A DNA stretch of 63,930 nucleotides, filler included. It is 6 parts of 6 records of this genome, joined end to end, with 100 filler letters (N's around TTAATTAATTAA, not from the genome) between each part and the next. Parts side by side here need not be neighbours in the genome. Positions count along the whole stretch, not along the records: positions 46,300 to 57,080 come from SRR31147125_37583; positions 57,181 to 63,930 come from SRR31147125_37590; 4 more parts are not named here. One strand, written 5' to 3'. The position numbers were made by a program, and so were the translations under genes. Below the pieces are notes generated by a model, which had not been told where the DNA came from, ran no database searches, and saw nothing but the letters and a program-made list of their open reading frames with translations. This document shows positions 51,697 to 62,298 of this stretch, piece after piece. Within the stretch, counting starts at the first letter, position 1; every line of letters begins with the position of its first letter.

Positions 51697-53430
51697 ATGA
51701 GTCATTCTTTAAAATACAGTATAATTCTGTCTGTCTTGCTTTGGTCAACTTCTTTGTTTGCTTTTTCACAAGAAGTTAGGAAACAGCCCTTGCGAAGTTC
51801 AAATGTTAAATCAATATCACGTACCATTCAGGTTAAGTCAATTTCAGAATTAAAAGATGTTCTGGAAAACTTAAATCCGAAAAAAGAAAAGGGATGGACA
51901 CTAATTTCTCTTGAAAACGGAGAGCACAGAATTTTAGACGTGCAGGGAAAATACCTTACCTTAGAAAATTGGTCAAATTTAATTCTTGATTTTAATAACT
52001 CGGAAATAATTTTTGAAAAGCCGGGTGGATTGCTAAATATTACAAATTGCAAAAATGTAATCATTCGAAATGCCACAATTGATTTCGACCCCATTCCTTA
52101 TACTCAAGGTACTGTTTTGGGCATAGATAAAGAAACAAAGCAAGTAACCGTAAAAGTAAAACACGGTTGGAAACTACCGGGTGACAATTACCGAAAAATG
52201 GGTAAAAACTGGATGCTTATTAAAGATACAGAGATTACCGGAAAACAAAAACGGGGTTGTAGAAATGTGTATACCATTCAAAAAGATTGGGAACAAATTG
52301 ATGAGGAAACTTACCGCGTTACTTTTGTAGATGTACTAACCAATATTGAAAAGGGAGACCGTTTTGTACATCTTGGTCCGGGAGGTGGAAACTGTTTTAG
52401 CCTTTCCGCTACCTATCAGATTACGGTAGAAAATATTTCACAATATGCTGGTGGAGTTTTTATGGGAGCTCGTCGTGCCGATGCAACAAATATCCTGAAT
52501 TGTTCGGTAAAAATAAAACCGGGAACCGACAGGTGGCACAGTTTAACCCGTGATATTTTAATTGAACTGGATTCAAGAATCGGTCCTTGGATTGAGGATT
52601 GTTTCTTTGAGGCCAATGGCGACGATGGTATTAATCTACACACTAAAGGTTTTAAAATTATTGAACGAGTTTCAGACTTTAAAATAGTTGTTGGGCCGGA
52701 AGTAAATCAGTTTAATAAATTAAATCCAGTTTATTTGTTTGAAAATGATTCGATTACCGTTTTTGATAATTTTCTCGGGAAACTTCATTTTAAAGGTTTG
52801 GTAACCAAAGTTAAAAATGCAGGTGAAGGACAGTATTTAGTTCGTTTAAATAAAAAACTCCCTGACTTTCCGGAGATTAATATGAAACTGGAAAATATTG
52901 ATTCGCGTTATGAGGCCTGGAATACATCTTTAATTTGCCCCGGATTTGTTATTCGCAGCAACACCTTTAAAAATCAACGTCGTTTTGCTTTATTAACTTT
53001 GAGCAAAAATGGGATTATCGAAGAAAATAAATTTATTGGCAGCAGTGCCAATGCTATTTATATGGGCTACCTCGAAGAACACTCTGACATTGGCCAAATG
53101 AGTGGAAACATTACAATAAGAAACAACATTTTTGACGATTGTTTTGTACAGGATAAAACACCATCTATCAAATTTCAGGCTTCAGCCATTAATGTAACTC
53201 TGCCGCTTAGGCCGGACAAGAGCTTATCACCTAATCTGTTTTTCAAAAATGTTACTATTACCAAAAATCAATTCATCAATTTCAATGATGATTTCCCGAT
53301 AGTAAGACTACATAATACAGCAAACTGTGCCCTCAAATATAACCAATTCATAAATTGTATTTCGGAAGATAATATGATAGAAATGAGGGCTGGCGAGGTG
53401 AAGAATGAAGGCAACGTATTTTCAAACTAA
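51697..53430 (+). CDS. Parallel beta-helix glycan enzyme, GH110-like
   Basis: IDFDPIPYTQG and IEDCFFEANGDDGINLH (GH110-like DDxxNxH); repeated IxxNxF beta-helix turns; signal peptide. Confidence 0.65.
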   Translation: MSHSLKYSIILSVLLWSTSLFAFSQEVRKQPLRSSNVKSISRTIQVKSISELKDVLENLNPKKEKGWTLISLENGEHRILDVQGKYLTLENWSNLILDFNNSEIIFEKPGGLLNITNCKNVIIRNATIDFDPIPYTQGTVLGIDKETKQVTVKVKHGWKLPGDNYRKMGKNWMLIKDTEITGKQKRGCRNVYTIQKDWEQIDEETYRVTFVDVLTNIEKGDRFVHLGPGGGNCFSLSATYQITVENISQYAGGVFMGARRADATNILNCSVKIKPGTDRWHSLTRDILIELDSRIGPWIEDCFFEANGDDGINLHTKGFKIIERVSDFKIVVGPEVNQFNKLNPVYLFENDSITVFDNFLGKLHFKGLVTKVKNAGEGQYLVRLNKKLPDFPEINMKLENIDSRYEAWNTSLICPGFVIRSNTFKNQRRFALLTLSKNGIIEENKFIGSSANAIYMGYLEEHSDIGQMSGNITIRNNIFDDCFVQDKTPSIKFQASAINVTLPLRPDKSLSPNLFFKNVTITKNQFINFNDDFPIVRLHNTANCALKYNQFINCISEDNMIEMRAGEVKNEGNVFSN

Positions 53431-53442
53431 AACCAATTAATT

Positions 53443-54884
53443 ATGAAATTTATTAACCAACTAAAGCTTGTATTTTCATTACTTATCGTTACTGCTTTTT
53501 TTCAGCGTGTAATACTCAACCTGAAAATACAAGCACCAAACAGCCCAATTTCATCATAATTTTTGCCGACGATATGGGCTATGGTGATGTGGGAACATTT
53601 GGGCATCCAACCATTAAAACACCTAACCTAGATAAAATGGCAGACGAAGGTCAGAAATGGACGAACTTTTACGCAGCTTCGTCTGTGTGTACGCCAAGTC
53701 GTGCCGGGTTGTTAACGGGTAAATTACCTGTTCGTACCGGAATGTGCAGCGATAAGCGGCGGGTTTTATTTCCTGATTCGGATGGAGGCTTACCACAAAG
53801 CGAAACGACCATTGCTGCGGCACTTAAAACCAAAGGCTATGCAACTGCCTGTGTTGGGAAGTGGCATTTGGGACATTTACCACAATATCTTCCCACCAGC
53901 CATGGCTTCGATTATTACTTTGGCATTCCGTACAGTAACGATATGGACAGGCCCGAAGGAGTTGACCATCGCCAATCGTGTGTAAAACCGAAGATCGAAT
54001 ATTTCGAGGTGCCGTTAATGCGAAATACAGAGATAATTGAACGCCCGGCAAATCAGGCTAATATTACTAAACGTTATACAGAAGAGGCTGTACAGTTTAT
54101 TGAGCAGAATAAAGAAAATCCGTTTTTTATTTACCTAGCACATTCAATGCCGCATGTTCCTTTATTTGCTTCAGAAGACTTTGAGGGGAAAAGCCGCCGA
54201 GGAGCCTATGGCGACGTAATTGAAGAAATCGACTGGAGCGTTGGGCAGGTTTTGGATAAGCTTCGTGAAACCGGATTGGATGAAAATACTTTAGTAGTTT
54301 TCACATCAGATAACGGCCCGTGGTTGATATTTAAGGAACATGGTGGATCGGCAGGATTACTGCGTGGTGGAAAAGGCGGAACCTTCGAAGGCGGTATGCG
54401 CGAACCTACTGTTTTCTGGATGCCTGGTAAACTGGAACAAAATGTTGTAATGAACATGGGCTCAACGCTCGATTTATTTCCAACCATAACAAAAATGGCA
54501 GGTGTTAATAAGAAGCAAGAAAATATAACTAATGGATACGACCTGTCGCCACTTTTATTTGGAACCGGAAAAAGCGAACGCAATGCTATTTTCTATTATC
54601 GGGGAACTCAAATTTTCGCGATTCGCAAAGGCGAGTTTAAGGCGCATTTTATAACTCAATCGGAATATGGTGGCCAGAAACCTGAAATCCACGAAATTCC
54701 TTTGCTTTTCAATTTGGAAACAGACCCATCGGAGAAATACAATATCGCCGAAAAACACCCTGAAATAATCCGGGAAATTATACAGTTAAAAACAGCGCAT
54801 GAAGCGAATATGAAAGCCGCGCCAACTCAGCTGGAGAAGCTAATTGATGAAAGTAAAGAAGGCTACGAGAAAAAGAGTTTGTAA
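53443..54884 (+). CDS. Sulfatase (S1), probable lipoprotein; frameshift in the T run at ~53496-53502
   Basis: Corrected N-terminus ...TAFFSACNTQ...QPNFIIIFADDMGYGD; CTPSRAGLLTG, GKWHLG, GIPYSNDM, SDNGPW. Confidence 0.92.
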
Positions 54885-54902
54885 CACCTAAATTATAATA
54901 GG

Positions 54903-56323
54903 ATGAAACATTTTTTGATAATACTATTTTTGTTTGTTAACCTTAGTTATTCAGCATTGTGTTCTGAGAAAGAGAATCCAAGGGCAGAAAAAATGAAAAA
55001 TACACAGTGGTTTACCGATGCCCGTTTCGGTATGTTTATTCATTTTGGTTTATATACCATGCCCGGCGGAATTTGGAAAGGCGAAGAGCAATCGAGAAGT
55101 ATGTATGCCGAGTGGATTCAAAAACAAGGTAACTGGCCTTATGGAATTTCCGATGATGAATACCGCGCTTTGGCTAAAGAGTTTAATCCGGTAGATTTTG
55201 ATGCTGACGAATGGATTCGTTTAGCAAAACAAGCGGGGATGAAATATTTTCTGCTTACTGCTAAGCATCACGATGGTTTTGCATTGTGGCCAAGTAAAGT
55301 TTCCGATTTTAATGTGGTAGGAGCCACACCTTTTAAACGCGATATTTTAGGAGAACTGGCAAAAGCCTGCGAAAAATACGGAATTGTACTGGGTTTCTAT
55401 TATTCCCACTGGCAGGATTGGGAGCATCCGGGAGGAGGACAACCCCCATAGAAATGATGCTTACCGTACATTCGAAACCTTATCCAACAGAAGAAGCCTT
55501 TAATGCTTATTGGAATAATAAATGTATTCCACAAGTAAAGGAGTTAATGAAGAATTATAAACCTAAATTTTGGTGGTTCGATACCTGGCGCCCTGCAAAA
55601 TATATCGACGAGGCAAAGCTCGATGAGTTAATAAAAACGGTAAAAGATATCGATTCGGAATGTTTGATTAACAGCCGTATTTTAGCCCGGTTCCCCGGAA
55701 TAGAAAAGAAAGTAGATTATATTTCGATGGGTGATAACCGGTTTCCTGATGCTTTGAATACTCAACCCTGGGAAACCTCGGGAACAATGAATGATTCGTG
55801 GGGGTATAGCAAAATTGATTTTGCCTGGAAACCTACTTCGGAATTACTAACCGGACTAATTAAAAATGCAGCGCATAACGGTAATTACCAAATGAATGTG
55901 GGGCCATTGGCAAACGGGAAGTTTCCGGTTCCTGCCATAAAAAGGTTAAAAGAAATTGGTGCCTGGATGGATGTTAACGGCGAAGCTATTTATGGTGCAA
56001 AATATACTTCAATTCCAGATCCGGATTGGGGATATATAACATCAAAAACGTTGGGAAATGGCAAAACACGCTTGTATTTGCATGTAATCGAACCTCAACC
56101 GCACCAGGAAATTAAACTCAAACTGGATTATTTCCCTTCGCGCAACTTGAACGTTTATATGCTGGAAAGCGGACAGAAAATAGATTGGCACCCAGTAGTA
56201 TATAAAGGTATTGGTTTTGATTTGCCGAAGCATATTGTCGATAAAAATGTGTCGGTTGTAGTTGTCGATTTAGATGTAAATTATCAGAAAAAGTTAGAAG
56301 AAGTTGCAGTGTATTCAAAGTAG
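54903..56323 (+). CDS. Alpha-L-fucosidase GH29; frameshift near the C run at 55443-55447
   Basis: WFTDARFGMFIHFG, AEWI, AKHHDGFALW, YYSHWQDW | WWFD, INSR, WETSGTMNDSWGY, MNVGP. Confidence 0.92.
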
Positions 56324-56376
56324 TCACTTAATACTTATAAATTAAAAAGGTAAGAAGCGAAATCTTTGATAAAATT

Positions 56377-56414
56377 AAGTCCCTTTTTCAATTATTGAAG
56401 AAGGGACTTTTTTT
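56377..56414 (+). terminator. Rho-independent terminator after GH29
   Basis: AAGTCCCTT...AAGGGACTT followed by a T tract. Confidence 0.8.
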
Positions 56415-56482
56415 ATGCCCGGAGATTAACCGCCCGAATTGGTTTTCATGTTTTTTGAATTCTTCGAAGCTCACAATAGGCA

Positions 56483-56549
56483 TTGTTACAAAAGAGCAAT
56501 CCTTTGTTACAACCCGACAGTTATTTGGTAATATACCTTACTACCATTG
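56483..56549 (+). promoter_or_regulatory. Direct-repeat operator plus -7-like box upstream of susC
   Basis: TTGTTACAA at 56483 and 56504 (21-bp period); TACCATTG at 56542. Confidence 0.6.
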
Positions 56550-56602
56550 TATGGCGATAATCAAATTATATCGAACTGAAAAAGTGAATTAATACAAATT
56601 AA

Positions 56603-57080
56603 ATGCTTATGAATTTTAAAAACTATCTATTCAAATCGGTATTATCCTGCCTTGGATTAATACTATTTATGACTGTTAGTGCCCAGCAAAAAGTGACTGT
56701 TAAAGGTCAGGTTGTTGATGGTACAAACGAAGCAATTATTGGTGCCAATGTAGTTATTAAAGGAACTACAAACGGAACCGTTACCAATTTAGATGGTAAC
56801 TTTCAATTGGAAGTTCCCGGCGATGCTGTTTTGGTTGTTTCATTTATTGGATTTATCCATCAGGAAATTCCTGTTGCCGGCCAAACAACAATTAATGTAA
56901 CACTAAAAGAAGAAACCATTGGTGTTGATGAAGTTGTAGTTATTGGTTATGGTACACAAAAACGCTCGAATTTAACCGGTGCAATTTCATCGGTAAAAGC
57001 TGAAGACCTCGAAAAGTTAAATGTAAACCGTGTTGACCAGGCGTTACGTGGTAAAGCTGCCGGTGTAATGGTTAACCAGG
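56603..57080 (+). CDS. SusC/RagA TonB-dependent transporter, N-terminal part (truncated)
   Basis: IIGANVVIKGTTNGTVTNLDGNF, LVVSFIG, DEVVVIGYGTQKRSNLTGAISSV, QALRGKAAGV. Confidence 0.93.
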
Positions 57081-57180
57081 NNNNNNNNNNNNNNNNNNNN
57101 NNNNNNNNNNNNNNNNNNNNNNNNTTAATTAATTAANNNNNNNNNNNNNNNNNNNNNNNNNNNNNNNNNNNNNNNNNNNN
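57081..57180. other. Artificial contig spacer
   Basis: N44-TTAATTAATTAA-N44. Confidence 0.99.
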
Positions 57181-57793
57181 GCCATATGCACATAAATATG
57201 CAAATGCAGTTACCGAATTAGGTATCATGGGGACAATTAAGCAATATGTTCCGGGTAATTTATTTGGGACTTTTGCTAAAGGTGGAATGGCATTTCTCAG
57301 CAAAGATTTTATTAAGCTCATGCAATTGCTCATAGATGCTGAAATGAAAATGTTTAAAGGAATAAACACACCAGTTATATTCATACAGAACGTATTGGTG
57401 GATATGATCCTGGGTTTAAAAATGTATGACGTATTTGCAGAGTACGATTCTTATATCAGGAAAAAATACAACGCAGAACCCGGTTACATAACAATGAACA
57501 TGCCCGCTTTATACGATGCATTGGAATCTATCGGTATAGAAAATCCTATTATTTGTTCGTCGATAAATAAAATTGGGTTTCGAATGTCTGGCGGAAAAGA
57601 AAGGTACGAAAAGTATTTAGTAGAGAAGGATTTTAGGCCGATAGCCATGCAAGTGCTTGCAGCAGGGGCATTAAGACCGAAAGAGGCAATTGAATATTTA
57701 GGTCAATTCCCTAAAATTGAATCGGTACTTTTTGGTGCTTCTTCAAAAGCTCATATTGCAGAAACACGGGAATTAATTGAAGAGAATTTGTAA
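57181..57793 (+). CDS. Hypothetical protein, TIM-barrel/aldo-keto-reductase-like C-terminus (5' end truncated)
   Basis: Frame is open from the contig start (PYAHKYANAV...); INKIGFRM, IAMQVLAAGALRPKEA, VLFGASSKAHI. Confidence 0.6.
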
Positions 57794-57861
57794 AACTCTA
57801 TAGTATTTTAATGCAAGTTCATTAAATATCTAATTATTAATCACAAGTAAATTGAAAACAT

Positions 57862-58713
57862 ATGAGATTAATTGAAACCCCTTGTTATAATTGTAGCTCT
57901 ACTGAATTTGTAGACTACGATAGCGAAAATGGATACAAACTGGTGAAGTGCAAGTCATGCGGATTATTGCTTGTGAATCCTCGCCCGGCTGAAGAAGATA
58001 TATCAAAGGCAAAGCTTACCGGAGTACATGAAGGTGAAAAAACGATTGCAACTACAGGTAGATATATGTACAGAAAAGTTAGTCGGTATAAAAGAATTCT
58101 AAGAGATTTCTTTCCAAACAATGAATTAAAGAACAAGAAAATTGAATGGTTTGACATTGGGTGTGGTTATGGTGAACTAATGCAGACATTAATTAAGATA
58201 TCTGATGGAAACGTAAAAGTTAAGGGAAGCGAACTTAATGAAATTAAGGTTAAAGGAGCTCAGGATCGCAAACTGGATGTTGATTTCTATGATATTGACA
58301 ATATGGGTCAACAATTCGATACTGTTTCATTATTAAATGTTTGGTCGCACCTACCAGATCCGGTTAAATTTCTTGATAACCTGAAAAAACTAATTAAGCC
58401 CGGGGGTGAGTTATTTCTGGAAACCGGGCATACCAGCCATTTGATCCCAGAACATCAACAATATCCATACTATCTTCCAGATCATTTGAGTTTTGCAAAT
58501 CAGGAAATAGTAGAAAACGTACTTAAAAACATAGGCTTTGAGATAGTAGAAACACGTATTTATAGAAGCACAATATACCCCAAATGGTATAACGTTAGGG
58601 AGGTAGTTATTGAGTTTGCAAAAATATTCCTTCGCAAATACGGAAGCATAAAAAACTTTTTCCCAAAACATCCCAATAGAGATATGTTTGTTAGGGCAAG
58701 ATTAGTTGCTTGA
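57862..58713 (+). CDS. Class I SAM-dependent methyltransferase with an N-terminal Zn-binding motif
   Basis: CxxC...CxxC, FDIGCGYG, SHLPDP, LIKPGGELFL, PDHLSF. Confidence 0.88.
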   Translation: MRLIETPCYNCSSTEFVDYDSENGYKLVKCKSCGLLLVNPRPAEEDISKAKLTGVHEGEKTIATTGRYMYRKVSRYKRILRDFFPNNELKNKKIEWFDIGCGYGELMQTLIKISDGNVKVKGSELNEIKVKGAQDRKLDVDFYDIDNMGQQFDTVSLLNVWSHLPDPVKFLDNLKKLIKPGGELFLETGHTSHLIPEHQQYPYYLPDHLSFANQEIVENVLKNIGFEIVETRIYRSTIYPKWYNVREVVIEFAKIFLRKYGSIKNFFPKHPNRDMFVRARLVA

Positions 58714-59032
58714 TCAAACTTAATTCGATTTATAATTTCAAAAAACGACTTTTACAATCAAAAAATATGTTTTGTTTCAGATTTCAAGTTGCCGGTTTTG
58801 TACAATTATAATAGGTGCAAAACTTGCAACTTGTAGCTGGGCAATGTAGTCCTGATTAGAATTTCCTTCATCCGTTCAAGCTATTTATCGGACCTTAACA
58901 ACAGTGTGTGATACACGATTAATTTTCCAAGAATTTCACAACAAAAAAAGGATTGTATATACTAACAACCCCTCTCCTACTTCAATACATGTTAAAAGAT
59001 GGCACACCTCTTAACAAACAGTAATTAATAGT

Positions 59033-60073
59033 TTATTTTATAATTTCTTGAAATTCCACTCCAGCATTATCCAGAAATTTATCCCAGGTATTTTGATTAT
59101 AAAATTTCTCTAATTCATTATTAGTGGATGATTTTATACCCTTATCCTTTGATGAATCAATAATTTCTAATAATTCCTTAAAGTTTTTATACGTGTTAAC
59201 GAAGTTGTATTGACTTAAATCTCTAAACGCTCCTTTGTCTGGGCCAAGTACAGAAGCCCCCATGCTTATAGAATCCATTAATGAACCGGAACTAAGCACA
59301 CTATCAGAATTATACGTAAATAAAACAAACCTTGACTTATTAGCATAATCGGCTATCTCTTCAAAATCGCTGAACCTGTTGTAATGCACAATATTCTCCG
59401 ACAAATAATCCTCTAACTTACTTTTTAACTCTTCATCAGGACAAATTCCCAGAATAACTATTTTTAAATCCTTAAACAAAGGTGAATTGGAGGCAAATTC
59501 AAGGAAATCAACAACTCCTTTATAAGGATGGATGGTTCCCCATATCAATAAATCGTATTTAAATTCAGATTTAACCTTTTGTGGGTATAGCTTATCTAAA
59601 GGATGTATAACATATTTTACCTTATGTGCATGTTTAGGAAATTTTTCTTTCACAAATTCACTTCCACTGTTTGAATGAGTAAAAATAAAATCAGAACGCT
59701 TTATCATTAATTCAAACATATAGCGTTTCCAAAAGCTTACCCCATCAGCATGGGCTAATTTAGTATGTGAATATTTATTATGGAGAACCCAAACTATCTT
59801 TTTACCTAATAGTTTTGCCATCCTTAAGAATATAACAAAGAAAATAACTTGAATTTTCCCTAGCTTTTGATTTGGCAGATACTCAATCCAATTAAAAAAA
59901 TAAACATTGGTTTTAAAAATGTACCTATAAAAATCCACTACACCTTTAGTATTTGGCTCAGAGTTTATTAACTTATGTTTCAGTGCTAAAACCGCTTCTA
60001 AATTATTAACATAAGGATTGGGAGAAATTAATGTAGAATTATCAAGTTTGGGATAAATATAAATACTACTCAT
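59033..60073 (-). CDS. Glycosyltransferase (GT-B, GT4-like)
   Basis: NPY, KKIVWVLHN, WGTIHPYKGV, VLSSGSLMDSISMG. Confidence 0.75.
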   Translation of the reverse strand: MSSIYIYPKLDNSTLISPNPYVNNLEAVLALKHKLINSEPNTKGVVDFYRYIFKTNVYFFNWIEYLPNQKLGKIQVIFFVIFLRMAKLLGKKIVWVLHNKYSHTKLAHADGVSFWKRYMFELMIKRSDFIFTHSNSGSEFVKEKFPKHAHKVKYVIHPLDKLYPQKVKSEFKYDLLIWGTIHPYKGVVDFLEFASNSPLFKDLKIVILGICPDEELKSKLEDYLSENIVHYNRFSDFEEIADYANKSRFVLFTYNSDSVLSSGSLMDSISMGASVLGPDKGAFRDLSQYNFVNTYKNFKELLEIIDSSKDKGIKSSTNNELEKFYNQNTWDKFLDNAGVEFQEIIK

Positions 60074-60124
60074 ATAGACTTAATTAGAAGTATTATCGAA
60101 TTTTGTACGTTGGATAGAGTATTT

Positions 60125-61165
60125 CTATTTTATTATCAAATTATTTTTTATTCTATCCAGAACATCCTTTAATGAATCCTCATCTCCTTCGTAAAAGGAC
60201 CGATAATTTTCAAGAAATGAATTAAAAACTTTCTTGGGTGTTTCTTCGACATGATAATCCTTTTTTATCCTTTCTAAGCGTAATTTCAAATCTTCAGAAT
60301 CATCATAAACAATAAAACAATCAGCTAATTCTCCTTGTCCATGGACTTTGGGATTATCATTTAGCCTCCAGGACATAGCCCAACAAGAATCTGGTGTAGC
60401 AATATATGAACCACACGCCAAACACTCAGCAATGGGCATTCCATAGGCTTCTGGAAACTGAATGAAAAATATAGATGCACTTTTATAAATTTCACGAATT
60501 TCATCCATTGAATATTTTTTTTCAAGGGATAAATACGAAATATTTAATTCTTCAAGCACTTTTATCTGCTCCTCTCTATAGCTCTCGTACCCTTCCCGAA
60601 CAAAATCAACAACTGCATAAAACTCCTTTTTAATTGTTGGTTTCAGACTTGCACCTTTTAAATACATACCTATTTGATTCCATGGAGGAGCGGGTTTATT
60701 TCGAATTTCTGTTACAGGTGAAATTGATAAGTGCCAATCATACCTGTCGAGTAAATCATGTCCACCAGCTTTAAGCTTTTCTATTTGCGTTGGAGAATTC
60801 TCTAAATACTGCACCGCATAATATAAAATTGGCTTTTTATTTATTATGTCTCTAAACCTTCTAATATTGAAACTATCGTTATAAAATGCATGTGGAGTTG
60901 TATCGCATAGAATTATAGCATCTTTATCTTTTAGATTTTTAAATAACCTCTTATCTTTTGTGTAATTTTTTAATTTATAAAGAATCCATACCAGACTATT
61001 ATACCCCGCTTTTTTTGCAGACAATAATCTTTTCAATGCCTTACTTTCATAAAATATTTCAGGTTCATTTTTGGTATTTCTTATAAATTCAAACAATGTT
61101 TCTGCAAGCACTTTTGGACTGCCATTCTCACTATTGCATAATATCCCGATTTTGAGCGATTCCAT
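60125..61165 (-). CDS. Hypothetical protein, divergent GT-B-like
   Basis: IREIYKSASIFF...EAYGMPIAECLACG resembles the GT4 ExFG...E motif; likely start ATG 61165. Confidence 0.55.
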   Translation of the reverse strand: MESLKIGILCNSENGSPKVLAETLFEFIRNTKNEPEIFYESKALKRLLSAKKAGYNSLVWILYKLKNYTKDKRLFKNLKDKDAIILCDTTPHAFYNDSFNIRRFRDIINKKPILYYAVQYLENSPTQIEKLKAGGHDLLDRYDWHLSISPVTEIRNKPAPPWNQIGMYLKGASLKPTIKKEFYAVVDFVREGYESYREEQIKVLEELNISYLSLEKKYSMDEIREIYKSASIFFIQFPEAYGMPIAECLACGSYIATPDSCWAMSWRLNDNPKVHGQGELADCFIVYDDSEDLKLRLERIKKDYHVEETPKKVFNSFLENYRSFYEGDEDSLKDVLDRIKNNLIIK

Positions 61166-61184
61166 AATGTTTTGCTTTTTATTG

Positions 61185-62255
61185 TTATATAAGTTCTTTA
61201 AACTTTTCAAGAGTTGCATCGAACGAAAAATAATTATCGTAATAACTTCTACTCTCCTTGTTAAATTTATCTCGTTCTTCTGAACACAACCGGTTTATTG
61301 CCTCAATAAACTCATCTTTTGTATTGCACAAGGCTCCAACTTTTTTATGCTCAATATTATAACCTTCGAAAGATTCGGTTGTGCCAATAATGTTTTTACC
61401 ATACATAAGCGCCTCGCATGTTTTTACTTTCATACCACTACCCATGAAAATTGGTAATAATACATAATCAGCGGCTTTTAGTACAGCTGGTAAATCATCA
61501 ACAAATCCTAAAAATTCAATTTTAGAATGCTCGAATTTATCCTTCAGTTCGTCCATTCGCCTACCAGTAATTTGCAGTTTAATATCTACATGTTCCAGCA
61601 CATTATCAATAAACCATGTTATTCCATGTATATTGGCGTACCAATTGTTTCCAGTAAATATGAAGGTTGGAGGAATTTTTGTTTTCTCCTCTGTAACGCT
61701 TGAGTAAGAATCTATCAAGCTAATCGGTATGATATTAATACTATTTGCTTTATAAATTCTGCTTAACTCGTCAGCATCTCTTTTGTTTAAAGCAATAATA
61801 CTATTTGAATATTTACATGCCATTGCTTCATTATGCTTAACCACCAATACTTCCAGCAGACGAAACGGTTCTTGCTTAATTCGCTCTTGCTTTATCTTAA
61901 CCTCAACATTATGAAAAAAACTTATTATTTTTCCTTTATAGCCAGACTTACGTAAATGTTTCGCCAATGCTCCGTAAGTAGAAGTATTTATGAATACAAT
62001 ATCATAGTCCTTGGCTTTTTCAATTAGTCCTGCTACTTTTTGTTTGGTTAACCCTTCATGCAATCCACGGAAAAAATTAATTCTTTTTTGAATTGCATTT
62101 GACAAACCGAACTGTAGGTTTTCTAATAATTTTACTACTGTAACATTATCTTCTCCTACAATTTTACAGAACGATAAATAATTTCGGTTTGTACATAATT
62201 CTCCACCATTATTTTTCAAATTAACATCAAACGTGGTTATAAATAATACTTTCAT
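61185..62255 (-). CDS. Glycosyltransferase family 4
   Basis: FHNVE, ANIHGITWF, GFVDDL, PIFMGSGMKVKTCEALMYGK. Confidence 0.88.
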   Translation of the reverse strand: MKVLFITTFDVNLKNNGGELCTNRNYLSFCKIVGEDNVTVVKLLENLQFGLSNAIQKRINFFRGLHEGLTKQKVAGLIEKAKDYDIVFINTSTYGALAKHLRKSGYKGKIISFFHNVEVKIKQERIKQEPFRLLEVLVVKHNEAMACKYSNSIIALNKRDADELSRIYKANSINIIPISLIDSYSSVTEEKTKIPPTFIFTGNNWYANIHGITWFIDNVLEHVDIKLQITGRRMDELKDKFEHSKIEFLGFVDDLPAVLKAADYVLLPIFMGSGMKVKTCEALMYGKNIIGTTESFEGYNIEHKKVGALCNTKDEFIEAINRLCSEERDKFNKESRSYYDNYFSFDATLEKFKELI

Positions 62256-62298
62256 AGGTAATATTAAGTATTAAAAATTTGCTAAATCAATTCAAATT

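Noticed and set aside
5519-57180. Repeated TTAATTAATTAA motif within N runs (five times)
   Set aside because: Artificial six-frame-stop linker. Genes on either side of a spacer are not neighbours, so no cross-contig system (e.g. flagella plus adhesin) can be inferred.
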